Assembly (NCBI RefSeq): GCF_006345805.1 | Contig: NC_043002.1 | Coordinates: 20,398,001-20,462,000 of the forward strand | DNA from: Octopus sinensis | Lineage: Eukaryota | Direction of reading: 5' to 3' | Length of the DNA stretch: 64,000 nucleotides | Shown here: one piece after another, positions 1-12,152 of the stretch | How the letters are laid out: every line of letters begins with the position of its first letter | Position numbering within the stretch: the stretch's first letter is position 1 | Notes under the pieces: generated by a model | Seen by the model: the letters and a program-made list of their open reading frames with translations, nothing else | What the model was told of the DNA's origin: nothing | Databases searched by the model: none | Position numbers and translations under genes: made by a program

Positions 1-79
1 TAACAATGGTTGTCTCTGGTGAGACTTGGAGTCAACTTGTACAAATATAAAGCAAAAGTTAAACATAAAATAATAATAA

Positions 80-291
80 TCTCTTCTACTATAGGCACAA
101 AGCCTGGAATTTGTGGGGAGGGGGATAGACGATCACATCGACCTAGTACTTGACTGGTTCTTAATTTATTGACCACAAAAGGATGAAAGGCAAAGTCAAC
201 CTCAGTGGAATTTGAACTCAGAACATAACAACAGGCGAAATACCGCTAAGCATTTCGTCAAGTGTGCTACTGATTCTGCCAGCTCGCCACC
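80..291 (-). mobile_element. tRNA-derived SINE, family S1 (GGCGAGCTGGCAGAA head; GACTTTGCCTTTCATCCTTTCGGGGTCGATAAA core)
   Basis: Reverse complement of the S1 consensus seen many times in the window. Other copies at about 1505-1900(-), 8966-9198(+), 10381-10610(-), 14578-14812(+), 22515-22950(+, two), 33455-33890(+), 47170-47810(-), 59850-60262(+). Confidence 0.8.
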
Positions 292-292
<1 letters not shown>

Positions 293-377
<85 letters not shown>

Positions 378-485
378 AATAATAATAATGATAATAATAA
401 TAATGATAATAATAATAATGATAATAATAATAATAATAATAATGATAATAATAATAATGATAATAATAATAATAATAACAATAAT
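293..485. repeat. (AAT)n/(GAT)n compound microsatellite
   Basis: Direct reading; it explains the poly-N, poly-I, poly-M and poly-L ORFs at 218-620. Confidence 0.97.
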
Positions 486-486
486 A

Positions 487-930
487 AAACTACACACTGT
501 CCAAAAAATAGCCCTAGGAAAGGCCCACATCCTACACAAGACACTATCAATCCAATAATACAACCTAAACAAAACCACCCACCAATACAAAACACGCTCT
601 ATATAGCATTTACCCAGTGAAATAAACTCCCACCAGCAATCCAGAAGACCAAAGCATTACACACTCAACACACAATAGAAGAAGTAACACAACAAAAGAC
701 TGCACCACACAGCAAGAGGAAAGAAAAACTTACACAATACAGTACTAGGAAGAGTTAGCACACTCCCAATGGCAGAAAAGAACACAAAATGCTGTACACA
801 CCCCAACAACATGGAAGTAGAAATTTGCCGCAAACTATCAAATGTTGAACAATTATATAATAATAATGATAAAGTGAAGATCAAATAGTGCATGTGTTTA
901 ATTGGCGAAAGATGACCATCCCCAAATATA
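487..930 (+). mobile_element. 3' end of an R4/Dong-like (RLE-type) non-LTR retrotransposon, 5'-truncated
   Basis: 487-558 encodes KLHTVQKIALGKAHILHKTLSIQ*, resembling the QKIALLGTAHILRxxL C-terminus of R4/Dong ORFs. It abuts a TAA microsatellite, the known Dong target, and is followed by a 3' UTR-like tract. Confidence 0.6.
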
Positions 931-949
931 ACAACATACCATCATCATC

Positions 950-1183
950 ATCATCATCATCATCGTTTAACGTCCACTTTCCATGCTAGCATGGGTTGGA
1001 CGATTTGACTGAGGACTGGCGAACCAGATGGCTGCGCCAGGCTCCAATCTTGATCTGGCAGAGTTTGTACAGCTGGATGCCCTTCCTAATGCCAACCACT
1101 CCGAGAGTGTAGTGGGTGCTTTTACATGCCACCAGCATGAGGGCCTTATATATATATATATATGTATACATTGTTTGATCAAT
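950..1183 (-). mobile_element. SINE family S2 with RTE-like 3' tail ending in (GAT)n
   Basis: (CAT)n-CGTTTAACGTCC..TTTCCATGCTAGCATGGGTTGGACG..GGATGCCCTTCCTAA motif. Further copies at about 8045-8430, 23560-23990, 32300-32580, 36410-36955, 39040-39390, 40790-41075, 54290-54845, 56220-56500. Confidence 0.75.
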
Positions 1184-1904
1184 AAATATCCGGACTGTTA
1201 CCATAGTAACTAAGCTAAAACATGCAGAGTGAAACCACATGGCACAGATTGATCTTGAAGTCTGCTGTGCATGCACACTAAGTTTTAATATTCTAGCTCA
1301 CTTCTGCTGTTTACAGCAGTGCATGGAAGGAAGATGTGTAGCATGTGTTTGTTGCATTGGCCATGACAGAAAGCTGAGCAGACAATCGGCTTCAAATTTT
1401 GCCGAAAGCTTAGTCATACCTGTTCAGAGACCTATGCAAAGTTTTCAAAAGATTTTCATCGTTCTCGACACAATCAAGGAGAACTTGCGCAACTAAAACC
1501 CATTTCTTTACTACCCACAAGTGGCTAAACACAGAGAGGACAAAGAAACTGATTAAGTCGGTTATATCGACCCCAGGGCGTAACTGATACTTATTTAATC
1601 TACCCCCGAAAGGATGAAAGGCAAAGTCAACTTCGGCAGAATTTGAACTCAGGACATAGCGGCAGACGAAATACCTATTTTTTTACTACCCACAAGGGGC
1701 TAAACACAGAGAGGACAAACAAGGACAGACAAACTGATTAAGTTGATTATATCGACCCCAGTGCGTAACTGGTACTTATTTAATCTACCCCGAAAGGATG
1801 AAAGGCAAAGTCGACCTCGGCGGAATTTGAACTCAGAACATAGCGGCAGACGAAATACCGCTAAGCATTTCACCCAGTGTGCTAACGTTTCTGCCAGCTC
1901 ACTG

Positions 1905-2400
1905 CAACTGAAACCCGGGTGTCTTTTTGGTCAGTTGAAAGTAGTTTTGGCACAAGTTTGGCAGACACACATCTCATACGCAAATCTTCAGTGACAACAG
2001 ACTGAGCTGAACTGTAACTAATGTGCACATCCTCTGGTAAATCACTGATGGTGATTCAATGATTTCTCCTCACAGCTGCATGCACATCCATGATGTTTTT
2101 CTCAGTTCTGCTAGTTGCCGGTCTCCAGAACGTTTATCAATATCAATGTCTTGGTTACATCTGGACCACTTGTACACTTTTGTGCAGCTCATACACTCCT
2201 CTTCTCTATTCACTTTCTGCAACTTTGAATAGGCCTCTGAGCAGTATCACCATGACAACTTTCTCTGTCATGGTCAATGCGATGATCACACGTTACACAT
2301 GTTACTTAGAAACACTGCTGTAAACAGTAGAAGGGAGCTAGAACATTAAAATTTAGTGCACATACACAGCAGAGTTCAATCTGAGTCAAGCCACTTCAAT
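1905..2400 (-). mobile_element. Degenerate mariner transposase 5' fragment
   Basis: Minus-strand translation across stops/frameshifts gives MTEK.. RPATSRTEKNI.DVHAAVR.. ISY.S.QS..TEDL.MR.VSAK.VPKLLS.DQKDTR, the mariner HTH region with a WVPxxL-equivalent motif. Confidence 0.7.
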
Positions 2401-2449
2401 TCTGTGTGCTTTAGCTTCATTACTATGACATACTTATCGAGCAGATCTT

Positions 2450-2478
<29 letters not shown>

Positions 2479-2482
<4 letters not shown>

Positions 2483-2686
2483 CTGTTGTGTCTGGGGAGA
2501 GTCATTTTCTTTTTGTGCTTTATAATGTAACACACTCACCGGTAAAATTTCCTCTTATTACTTATTTTTATTTTCCTAAAATTTTCATTGCGTCTTGCAA
2601 CCTTTTCGATGGTCTTGACTTACTGGTGAGTATGTTAAATTATAAGGCACAAAAAGAAAATGACTCTCCCCAGACACAACAGTATA
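2479..2686. repeat. Inverted repeat: about 67-bp arms (2479-2545 / 2620-2686), part of a dispersed repeat also at 28960-29123
   Basis: TATACTGTTGTGTCTGGGGAGAGTCATTTTCTTTTTGTGC.. and its reverse complement read directly. Confidence 0.85.
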
Positions 2687-2720
2687 TGCTTCAATACACG
2701 AACTCATTTAAAGAATATTG

Positions 2721-3137
2721 TGTAACGTGAAAGGATCTATCATCGAAGCACTGGCAGGGTGTCGAGATCCTTTCTAGTCACATACAATATTCTTGCAGAA
2801 AACAAACAGACGAAACTCAGGTTAAAGGTGAACAGACAACTTGGTTTATTGATTCATGGTTGTACGTTGTCTGATGGGGGAATAGACAGCCTCTGAGATA
2901 CTGCTGGTGTTGGTCGTTGAGGTTGGTTGAAGTTGGTTGAAGCTGGTGTGTGGCTGTCAGAGCCGGGAAAACCGTGACCGATCGCAGTGCTGTCTTGAGC
3001 CGAAGAGAGAGATTTGAGGTTCGCGGGCTCGAGAGATGTTTTCCCGCACATGCGCATGGGGAAGACTTCCGGTGGCCACCCGGAAGTAGTCCCATTCTGC
3101 GCATGCGCGCCGAACCCTACACAGTAGCATCACTACA
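2721..3137 (-). mobile_element. 3' LTR (417 bp) of a Ty3/Gypsy retrotransposon
   Basis: On minus it starts TGTAGTG (3137) immediately after the purine tract CTCGGAGGGGAGCCC (3138-3152) and ends CGTTACA (2721); AATAAA on minus near 2845-2850. Confidence 0.85.
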
Positions 3138-3262
3138 GGGCTCCCCTCCGAGTGCGAAGTACGGCAACCAGAATATTGTGGTGGTGCTGCAGAAAACAGA
3201 AGGCTTGCCGATCCCCCAGAAGACTTGGTACATACTATTATACAATAAGAAACATTTTAAAG

Positions 3263-6178
3263 TTAAATGTAAATTGTTTTTGAAAGTTTCTTGGGCCAAT
3301 GCACTGTTCTGCCCGATTTTGTAACATACGGTGTGCTCGGGGCACCCGTTGATGGCGAGGGTGGTGTTGTAGGAGCCGGTGAAGGTGTTTGTGCAGGTGA
3401 AGGCGTTTGTGCAGGTGAAGGCGTTTGTGCAGGTGAAGGCGTTTGTGCAGGTGAAAGTGTTGTTAAAGGTGCATAGGTGGGTGTGTCAAGGTTGTCATCA
3501 AAAGATGAAGACGTGTCAAAATGTGCCTTTTTTAAACGGTCCACGGAAACGGTCTCCGAACGACCATTTATCTCAATCGTGAAAACCTTTGGTGTGCGAG
3601 AAAGCACACGAAAAGGCCCTTTATAGGGAGAAACAAGTGGGCCCTTCACAGAATCGTCCCGAACAAAAACATGCGACCAGGTGTTCATATCCGGTGGAAG
3701 ATGGGACGGTGGAGATTGCTTTCTGGGAAGCATGGGCGGAAGGTTTGAAAAATATTCCCGCAGTCTGGTGACATAGGTCGCCGGATCATGGGGCGGGGAA
3801 GTGTCTGGCACCAACATCGTACCGGGCAATGCCAGTGTGGTACCATACAGCAGCTCTGCAGCAGAAAACCCCAGGTCTGCCTTGACAGCAGTCCGACAGC
3901 CGAGAAGCACAATGGGCAGAAATTCGATCCAGGACTGTGGGTCCGAAGAGGCACGAAGAGCGGCCTTGAGCTGTCTATGGAACCGCTCAACCAATCCATT
4001 AGACGCTGGATGGTAGCTTGTGGTGTGGATATGGTGCATACCCAAAATTCGCGACAATTCGCGAAATAGCGAGGCCTCAAACTGTCGTCCACGATCAGTT
4101 GTCAATCGGGACGGGACTCCGAAGCGAGAAATCCAGTTTGAAACGAAAGCTCGCGCAACAGTCTCAGCCGAAATGTCTGCTATCGGAATGGCTTCTGGCC
4201 AGCGGGAGAAACGATCGACACAAGTTAATAGATAAGAGAACCCGCGACTCACAGGCCATGGTCCAACCAGATCGATGTGGACATGGCGAAAACGGGCCTC
4301 CGTGGGGGGAAATTGTCCAAGCGGGGCACGTACGTGCCGTTGAATCTTGGATCGTTGACACTTGGAGCAGGTGCGTGTCCAAGAAGTAATTGTGCGACGC
4401 ATATTCGGCCAGAAAAACCGAGCAGTGATTAGTTTGAGGGTGGCAGCGATGCCAGGATGTGATAAGGAGTGCAGTGCTTCAAACACTGAGCGTTGATGGG
4501 TCTCAGGCACCAGTGGCCTGGGAGATCCAGTTGAAGTGTCACAAAGAATGGTGCCTTCGGCTGACGGAAGCGGAAGGTAGGAAAACTGGCAACAGGAGAA
4601 CTTGGGAGAAGTTAAATCTAACAACGCCAAAGGTGGCTGCTCCTGCGATATGGCAGCTAAGTCGATAGCAGCAGGAGACGAAAGGGCGCAAACTGGAAGG
4701 CGAGAGAGAGCGTCAGCAGGAACGTTCTCTTTTCCAGGTATGTGTCGAATGTTGCTAGTAAATTGAGAGATAAAATCCAGGTGCCGAAAAGCACGGGGTG
4801 AGAGTTTGTCCGTTTTTGAAAACAGGGCAAACGTAAGGGGCTTGTGATCCGTATAGATCACAAAATCTCGCCCTTCAAGTTGATGCTGGAAATGACGAAC
4901 CGATAGATAGATCGCTAGGAGCTCACGATCAAAGGTGCTGTATCGTCGTTCAGCTGGTTGCAGTTGACGGGAAAAGAAGGCTAGAGGTCGAACATGGTCA
5001 TCCACTGTGTGTTGTAACACAGCGCCAATCGCAGTGTCCGATGCATCCACAGTCAAAGAGAGAGAAGCACCAGGAACTGGATGTGCAAGCAAAGAAACAG
5101 AAGCCAGCTCCTTCTTAATGGACTCAAAGGCTGTCACTGCCTCAACAGAGAGGGTGACTTGACTGTCTTTTCTAGGAGAGTCCTTTAACAGCCTGGTGAG
5201 AGGTAGCAGCTTATCTGCACAACCGGGAATGAAGCGTCGGTAGAAATTGACCATCCCTAGATAATGCCTGAGCTGGCGCAAGGAAGTGGGGGGTGCGATG
5301 CGTTGAATGGCATCGACTTTTGACGAGAGGGGGCTGATTCCAGTCGAATCAATATGATGCCCTAGAAAATCTAGGGAAGAGCGTCCGAAAACACACTTGT
5401 CGGGGTTTATGCGTATGCTATACGCGCGAAGACGCTGGAAGAGTTGAGAAAGGTGCCGGAGATGATTTTCTCGTGTGTCGCTCGCAATGAGTATGTCATC
5501 GACATAGGCAAACACAAAATCAAGACCGCGGACAACCTCATCAATGAAACGCTGGAAGGTGCTAGTAGCATTCCGCAAACCGAAACTCATGTACAAAAAC
5601 TCAAAACACCCAAACGGGGTAGTGATTGCAGTTTTTGGAACGTCGGCTGGGTTGACCGGTATTTGGTGGTAAGCGCGTATCAGATCGACCTTCGAAAAAA
5701 TGGTACAACCATGGAGATTTGCTGTAAAGTCCCGGAGATTTCTAATCGGATAGCGATCGGCTATTGTGACGGCATTGAGGCGTCGATAGTCTCCAACCGG
5801 GCGAAAATCAGACTCGCCCTTTCGCGCCAAATGAAGGGGAGATGCCCATGGGCTGGTGGAGGGGCGTATAAGGCCAAGTTGAAGCATGTGCTCAAACTCG
5901 GCTCTGGCCGTTTTAAGTCGGTCTGGCGCTAGGCGCCGGGGGCGTGAGAATACAGGTGGCCCATTGGTGGTGATGAAATGGAGGGTCGAGTGGGTGGGAT
6001 TTTCCGGTTTAAAGGCAATGTCCACTAGCTCCGGAAATGAAACCAAAAGAGTGTGAAAAGGGTCTCCAGAGGTGGCAACAAAGAATGTCGGGCTAAGGAC
6101 CGCAGTGGTGGAACTCCCAGTCGGTGTAGAGAGCGACGTCGTGCTATCAAGAAGCCTCCGACGCCTGACATCCACCAA
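3263..6178 (-). CDS. Ty3/Gypsy pol polyprotein (RT - RNase H - integrase)
   Basis: 971-aa ORF: RT motifs [44 protein letters not shown]; RNase H DASD..ELLA..TDHKPL..ADALSR; integrase HxxxH..CxxC, HIDLVG, TDRGRQF, GLVERFH; GPF motif. Confidence 0.97.
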   Translation of the reverse strand: MVDVRRRRLLDSTTSLSTPTGSSTTAVLSPTFFVATSGDPFHTLLVSFPELVDIAFKPENPTHSTLHFITTNGPPVFSRPRRLAPDRLKTARAEFEHMLQLGLIRPSTSPWASPLHLARKGESDFRPVGDYRRLNAVTIADRYPIRNLRDFTANLHGCTIFSKVDLIRAYHQIPVNPADVPKTAITTPFGCFEFLYMSFGLRNATSTFQRFIDEVVRGLDFVFAYVDDILIASDTRENHLRHLSQLFQRLRAYSIRINPDKCVFGRSSLDFLGHHIDSTGISPLSSKVDAIQRIAPPTSLRQLRHYLGMVNFYRRFIPGCADKLLPLTRLLKDSPRKDSQVTLSVEAVTAFESIKKELASVSLLAHPVPGASLSLTVDASDTAIGAVLQHTVDDHVRPLAFFSRQLQPAERRYSTFDRELLAIYLSVRHFQHQLEGRDFVIYTDHKPLTFALFSKTDKLSPRAFRHLDFISQFTSNIRHIPGKENVPADALSRLPVCALSSPAAIDLAAISQEQPPLALLDLTSPKFSCCQFSYLPLPSAEGTILCDTSTGSPRPLVPETHQRSVFEALHSLSHPGIAATLKLITARFFWPNMRRTITSWTRTCSKCQRSKIQRHVRAPLGQFPPTEARFRHVHIDLVGPWPVSRGFSYLLTCVDRFSRWPEAIPIADISAETVARAFVSNWISRFGVPSRLTTDRGRQFEASLFRELSRILGMHHIHTTSYHPASNGLVERFHRQLKAALRASSDPQSWIEFLPIVLLGCRTAVKADLGFSAAELLYGTTLALPGTMLVPDTSPPHDPATYVTRLREYFSNLPPMLPRKQSPPSHLPPDMNTWSHVFVRDDSVKGPLVSPYKGPFRVLSRTPKVFTIEINGRSETVSVDRLKKAHFDTSSSFDDNLDTPTYAPLTTLSPAQTPSPAQTPSPAQTPSPAQTPSPAPTTPPSPSTGAPSTPYVTKSGRTVHWPKKLSKTIYI
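3381..3452. repeat. 18-bp tandem repeat x4 encoding (PAQTPS)4 in the integrase tail
   Basis: GAAGGCGTTTGTGCAGGT x4 read directly. Confidence 0.95.
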
Positions 6179-6354
6179 TAGGTTAAACCTATCCAGGAAA
6201 TCAGCGCGAGAATAGGATGCGGGATGTCAGCGATGACGAAAACCCATCGAAAGTCTCGACGAAGGTTGAGGTTGAGGCGCAGCGAAATCTGACCGTAAGT
6301 GGTTATGGGAGACGAGTCAATAGCATGCAAGACAATCGAAATCCAAAAACGAAA
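6179..6354 (-). pseudogene. C-terminal half of the Gypsy protease, with a 1-nt deletion; element truncated at a (TA)n tract
   Basis: [41 protein letters not shown] is out of frame with [13 protein letters not shown]; one extra G near 6206-6207 restores ILGADFL. No DTG motif, gag or 5' LTR beyond 6354. Confidence 0.85.
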
Positions 6355-6376
6355 TATATATATATATATATATATA

Positions 6377-7198
6377 CAAGGTGTAGAGAATGAACAGTTG
6401 TCTAAATTATGCAAACATGAAACTAACAATGACATTTCATTAAAGAGTAAATTTATTCAATAAAGTCACCTTTGGCTTCTACCACAGCCTCTAGACGACT
6501 TTGGAATCTCCTGCAACTCTTCTGGATGGTCTCCTTGTTTAAGTTGGTGAATGCTGCTATAAACCTTGCCTTCAGTTCATCTTTGGTGTCACAAGGAGTT
6601 TTGTTGGTCTCTCACTCAACTGCACCCCACACATAATAATCAAGGGTGTAGCAGTTTAGGGAGTTAGGTGGTCAGATGTTAGGGGTGATGAGGTTGCAAA
6701 AATTGCCTGACAGCCATGATTGGGTTCTCCTACTTGTGTGGTATATAGTGCAGAGTCCTGTTGCCAGACTAGGGTCTTCTAGCAACCATCCCCTTCACCC
6801 AGGACAGCATTACCTCCTCCAGGCACTTCATGTAGGCCTCTGTAGGAAAATGAATGGAGGCATAATGTCACCATCACTAATGATCACTCCAAACACCATG
6901 ATGTTGACTGGATGTTTGATTTTTATCCCCCTCAGTATATGTCTTCAGATTGCACTGTCTTCAGACTGACACCCAAACACTCTGAAATGTTCATATTGGA
7001 GCTTCCGGCATGAATGCCAAGAAGTACAGCATGTCGTTTCCAAATTTCTAGCAGAGTGAATTGCATCATGGTGTTGTTTTTCTCACAGATGGTGCCCAAC
7101 TGACCCTACTATACTGTGTAATTAACAAAGTCAAAAACAAACCATACACGTGTGAAATTAAAAATATAAAATGGCAACAATTTACCCATCATACCCTG
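6377..7198 (-). mobile_element. Internally deleted Tc1/mariner (DD37D/maT-like) element
   Basis: Degenerate KHPVNIMVFGV..SDGD.MPPFIF, WQQDSA, (W)PPNS..LDYYVWGAVERETNKTPCDTKDEL..CRRFQSRLEAVVEAKGDFIE*. Ends are TA-CAAGGTG and ACCCTG-TA. Confidence 0.8.
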
Positions 7199-7414
7199 TA
7201 TGTATATACATATATATATAAAACACCAAGAAAGTTAGAGGTTGTGAATCCAACCCACTAAGGGATAATATCTATCCAATATACTACTGGTAGAATACCC
7301 AATTATTAATACACAAGTGTTTTTTTATTGCATTGCAATTACATTACCTAGTGTACTAAATGGGTGAAAGTAAAGAGATATTTTACTATTAATTTATAGA
7401 GCAATAAGAATATA

Positions 7415-7991
7415 GAGGGGATCAATAGGTGGTTCATTAACTTTTAGACATTATATTAACTTATTTATTTATCCACTAAACTGATAATTACAATAATATA
7501 CATACATATAACATGTTATGCTTTACATATAAGATATAAAATATAGTAATATATAAGGATACCAGTAATTGTTATTAAATAACAAACATGAATATAAATT
7601 GAGATATATTCATGTTTGTTATTTTATAACAATTACTGGTATCCTTATATATTACTATATTTTATATCTTATATGTAAAGCATAATATGTTATATGTATG
7701 TATATTATTGTATTGTTGTATTTCGGAATGGTCATTTTGCCAGTTTAGCCAATAAAAACATACGTACTATACATTTGGTGTTACACCAAATATATAATGC
7801 ATGTGTTTTTATTGGCTAAACTGGCAAAATGACCATTCCGAAATACAACAATATCTGTTTCAACACACGATTTCACATCAAGAATCTTGCAAAACAAATA
7901 TATATTATTGTAATAATCAGTTTAGAAAATAAATAAATAAGTTAACATAATATAATGTCTAAAAGTTGATGAACCACCTATTGATCCCCTC
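7415..7991. repeat. Nested palindrome: an outer inverted repeat enclosing two hairpins
   Basis: Outer arms about 7415-7500 / 7900-7991; hairpin 1 arms about 7489-7596 / 7605-7712; hairpin 2 spans 7713-7851. Single-arm relatives at about 45115-45310 and 33215-33290. Confidence 0.9.
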
Positions 7992-8000
7992 CATTTTCTG

Positions 8001-8047
<47 letters not shown>

Positions 8048-8430
8048 TCATCATCATCATCATCATCATCATTTAGCGTCCGTTTTCCATGCTAGCATGG
8101 GTTGGACGGTTCTTCTGGGGTCTGTGAAGCCAGAAGGCTTCATCAGGCCCAGTCAAATCTGGCAGTGTTTCTACGGCTGGATGCCCTTCCTAACGCAAAC
8201 CACTCCGTGAGTGTAGTGGGTGCTTTTTACGTGCCACCCGCACTGGTGCCAGACAGAGCTGGCAAACGGCCACGAACGGATGGTGCTTTTTATGTGCCAC
8301 CGGCACGAGGGCCAGGCGAGGCTGGCAACGGACACGAAACGGGGCGGTGCTGGCAACGGTCGCGAAACGGAAAGTTCTCTTACATGCCACCGGCACTGGT
8401 AACACATCTGCAATTTCCATTGATCGATTT

Positions 8431-8480
<50 letters not shown>

Positions 8481-8965
8481 GCAATTATCATACAATGTCC
8501 GTGTTCTATGTTGGCATAGGTAGGATAGGTTGACAAGATCTCATGTATCCAAGGGTTGCATCACACTCCAGTATTTGCTTGGGCATAGTTTCTATGACTG
8601 GATGCCCTTCCTAACACTAACCACTTTACAGAGTGTGCTGAGTGCATTTTTTTGTGCCACCAGCACTATGGGGGTCACCATGCAGCTTGCATGACTATGA
8701 ACTTTGAGGAGGGTGGAGGTCAGCTTTATGCTAAGGAGATGAGAGGTTAAAGCATAAGAGAGAGGGCAATCAGAGACAGTTCTTGTAAAAGGTCTGCATA
8801 GCTACTCACATTTAGTTGGGAAAGGGGGAGAAAGAGAAAAGGGAAATGATGAGTAGGAGCTGCAAAGAGACAGACAGTAGCAATGAGGTATTCAGGTGGC
8901 CCCTCAAGGTACAAGGCAAGTAGAAATAGGTGTGTGCTAGGCAAGTACAAGGCAAGTAGAAATAG

Positions 8966-9198
8966 GTGGCAAGCTGGCAGAAACGTTAGCACACAGGGCG
9001 AAATGCTTAGCAGTATTTCATCTGCCGTTACGTTCTGAGTTCAAATTCCGCTGGGGTCGACTTTGCCTTTCATCCTTTCAGGGTCGATAAATTAAGTATC
9101 AGTTATGCACTGGGGTCGATGTAATCGACTTAATCCCTTTATCTGGCCTTGTTTGTCCCCTCTATGTTTAGCCCCTTGTGGGCAATAAAGAAATAAGA
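8966..9198 (+). mobile_element. S1 SINE with target-site duplication AGAAATAGGTG
   Basis: TSD at 8958-8968 and 9196-9206; complete head, core and AATAAAGAAATAAG tail. Confidence 0.8.
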
Positions 9199-9402
9199 AA
9201 TAGGTGTATACTTTGCAAGATTGTATAAGGAGCAGGAATTGAGGGGATAGGGAGGCAAGCAGAAACTAATAAAATTGGGTAGGGTTGGAGTGTAGATGAT
9301 TCATGAGCCATGAGTTGAGGAAGATACAGGGATGCAGAAGAAAGCATGAGGATGGGAGAGCAGCAGGATAGTAATAGTGATACAGCTTTCTGAGAGGGAG
9401 GG

Positions 9403-9404
<2 letters not shown>

Positions 9405-9450
<46 letters not shown>

Positions 9451-9510
9451 GAGAGAGAGAAAGAGAGTGAGAGAGAGTGAGAGAGAAAGAGAGTGAGAGA
9501 GAGAGAGAGA
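9405..9510. repeat. (GA)n microsatellite
   Basis: Direct reading. Confidence 0.95.
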
Positions 9511-10619
9511 TGTGACTCAGTAGTCTGCTGGAGATGAGCAAGTATGGTAGATGATGGGGGTAATTTGGTTCAGGGGAGGGTATCACCCTAACATGTGAGT
9601 GGAGATCACAATACATGCAGTGCTTTCAGAACTCAGTTTTGCTGAGGGCACATCTTTTTTTAACCTCACATCACCAGACCTCCTGGTCCTCTGTCCTGAG
9701 AAGCTCAGGGTCCTGAAGTCAGCTTTGACCACATTATCCTACATCTTTCTGGGTTTCCAAATTAAGTAACAAACACTTCTTTATACAGCTGACCTCATCC
9801 ATATGCATCATGTGTCTATATAAGCACAGTCTTCTTTCTTACACACTATTTCCCATTCTTTTGACGCCCAATTTTTCACTCAGAACCTTTATACAATGTC
9901 CTTCGTGCACACTCACATTGCACATCCAACATAGCATGCTTGCTTTATTTCTTTCCAGTTTTCTCATATCTTTTGCATTCAAGGCCTTAGTCTCTACCTT
10001 GTAGCATTCCAGTTTTAATTACGTCATACAATCTGCCCCTCACTCAAACAGAAAAGATCTTCGTTGTCAGCAGTGGTGGTAACTCCCTGAACTTTCTCCA
10101 ACCTATTCTTACTCTGGATACTTATATTTTCAGAGGAACCACATCTCCTTTGCTGATTTCTCATGCACACACGCACACATACACACACACAAAGAAATGT
10201 ATTTTTTGATTGCTTATGAAAAATCTCCAATGGAAAGCAATGCATGATTTGATTGTAATTAATTTAATTCGGAATGGTCTGAAAGATACAGAATGTGAAC
10301 TGCTTTTTGGAGCACATAAAGGGTAAGAAGGTAAGAAGGTATGATGTAAGTCAAGTATTGAGTTTATAGTTATATACATATTTCTTTACTACCCACAAGG
10401 GGCTAAACACAGAAGGGACAAAGAAAGACAGACAAACGGATTAAGTCAATTATATCGACCCCAGTGCATAACTGGTACTTATTTAATCGACCCCGAAAGG
10501 ATGAAAGGTAAAGTCGACCTCGGCGGAATCTGAACTCAGAACGTAGCGACAGACGAAATACCGCTAAGCATTTCGTCCGGTGTACTAACGATTCTGCCAG
10601 CTCGCCACCTTATAGGTAT

Positions 10620-12020
10620 ATACATGTGTAGTGTTTGTAGTTCTCATGGTTTATGGGTCGAGTAAGGTTGCTCTCTGAGTTAAATTGCTCGAAGGAATGT
10701 TGACTATGATTGAAATAAGCTAAGTGTAAGGGAATAGTTTATTGCAGGGTGTTCAGGCTCTGTTTGACTGGTTTTTTGTGTCTTCTTTTTTTCAGGAACA
10801 GCTTGATGTATTGATGAAAAGTTAATGGCATTGGAGAGCATAGATTTTAAAGTCGTAGTTGAGTAAAAGTTGACTGACATAGACGGCAGGAAGCCATCTG
10901 AATGTTGGAAATGAGTTACCTGTATCACGATAATTTGTCCTGGATATCAAAATGCCGACATCACGATTGCTGCTTAATGCTCTGTAAACACTGCAAAGGT
11001 TGTAAGACATGACATAGACAACTGCAATTGACATTGCAAAGCTGTGGCCAACAGGAAGGGACATAGCAGGCGTTTTGACTGTCAGAATTCATCCAACAAC
11101 TTCAGGCTTTGGTGAGAGAGGTTATCATTCAGGACTACCATAGAACTGCCTCTGAATGATGACCTTCACTACTATACATACAAGAGGTGCAAAGGACAGA
11201 TTCTAACAGCCAATGCCAAGGAGGACTGCCTGGTAAATCAAAGAAGCTCCTGAACAAGCTGAGGCATTCTGTTGAACCAGAGACCATCTGGTTCTTTTCA
11301 GATGGAAAGGACTTCTGCCCAGCTCAGTTGCACAACACCCAGAACAACAGGTGGCTTGCCTAAAGTCCATATGGTGTCCCACATACCATGAAAATCAATT
11401 CCTCCAAACTGTGATGGTCTATGAGTGTGTCTCCAGTGAGGGTAATGTTATGCTACCCCACATCTTTGAACAGGGCCTTAGGCTCAATTCAGACATCTGT
11501 TTGAAGCTGCCGGAGACTGTGGTCAAACCCTGACTAGAGAAGGTTGCTGCTGAAAGGCCACTTGTGTGACAGCAAGATTCAACTTCGTGCCATATCTTCA
11601 GAAAGTGTCAGAAGTAGTTGTCAGAGAATTTCTACAACTTCACCTGCTCCAATTCAATTTTTGGCCTCCTAATTCCACTAATTGTAAACCCCTTAGATTA
11701 CTGTGTGGGTGGAGCATGGTTGAAAAACTCACCAACCACTCTGCCTGGAACACTAAGACCAAGAAGTTGGCCAAGATCAAGGAGATGTTTGAAGATCTTC
11801 CCAAGGACACAGAAAAGAACATATACACCAGGTTTCAGAGCTGACTTGAGGCCATGATGGAAGCTCAAGGCAGGAGGTACTCTGAGTAAACTGTTGTCTC
11901 CCAGCCATAATCTAGTTAGTATTCTTTGATTTTTTAAAAATACTTTCATTTTTGGATGGGATATTGTATTTTTTCCCCCTTTTGTGCAAATCATCAAATT
12001 TGGCCCAAATACCCTACATG
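10620..12020 (+). mobile_element. Degenerate Tc1/mariner (DD37D/maT-like) element, same family as 6377-7198
   Basis: Broken frames give IWFFSDGKDF, VMVYECVSSEG.VMLPHIFEQGLRLNS, QQDS..CH, WPPNS.NC.PLDY, TRFQS.LEAMMEAQG. Confidence 0.75.
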
Positions 12021-12152
12021 TAGGCTTTTGCTGTTCTTCAATAAATATGAAGTCGTTTGTCTTTGGAAAGACAAGAGTTCTGAATTTCCATTCCAGATGT
12101 TTTTAGGATACAAGAAAATATATTTACTGTTTTCTTTAATGCATTAGAATGT

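Noticed and set aside
218-620. Poly-Asn/Ile/Leu/Met ORFs
   Set aside because: Translations of the (AAT)n/(GAT)n microsatellite.
5444-5932. 162-aa plus-strand ORF
   Set aside because: Antisense shadow of the Gypsy RT region.
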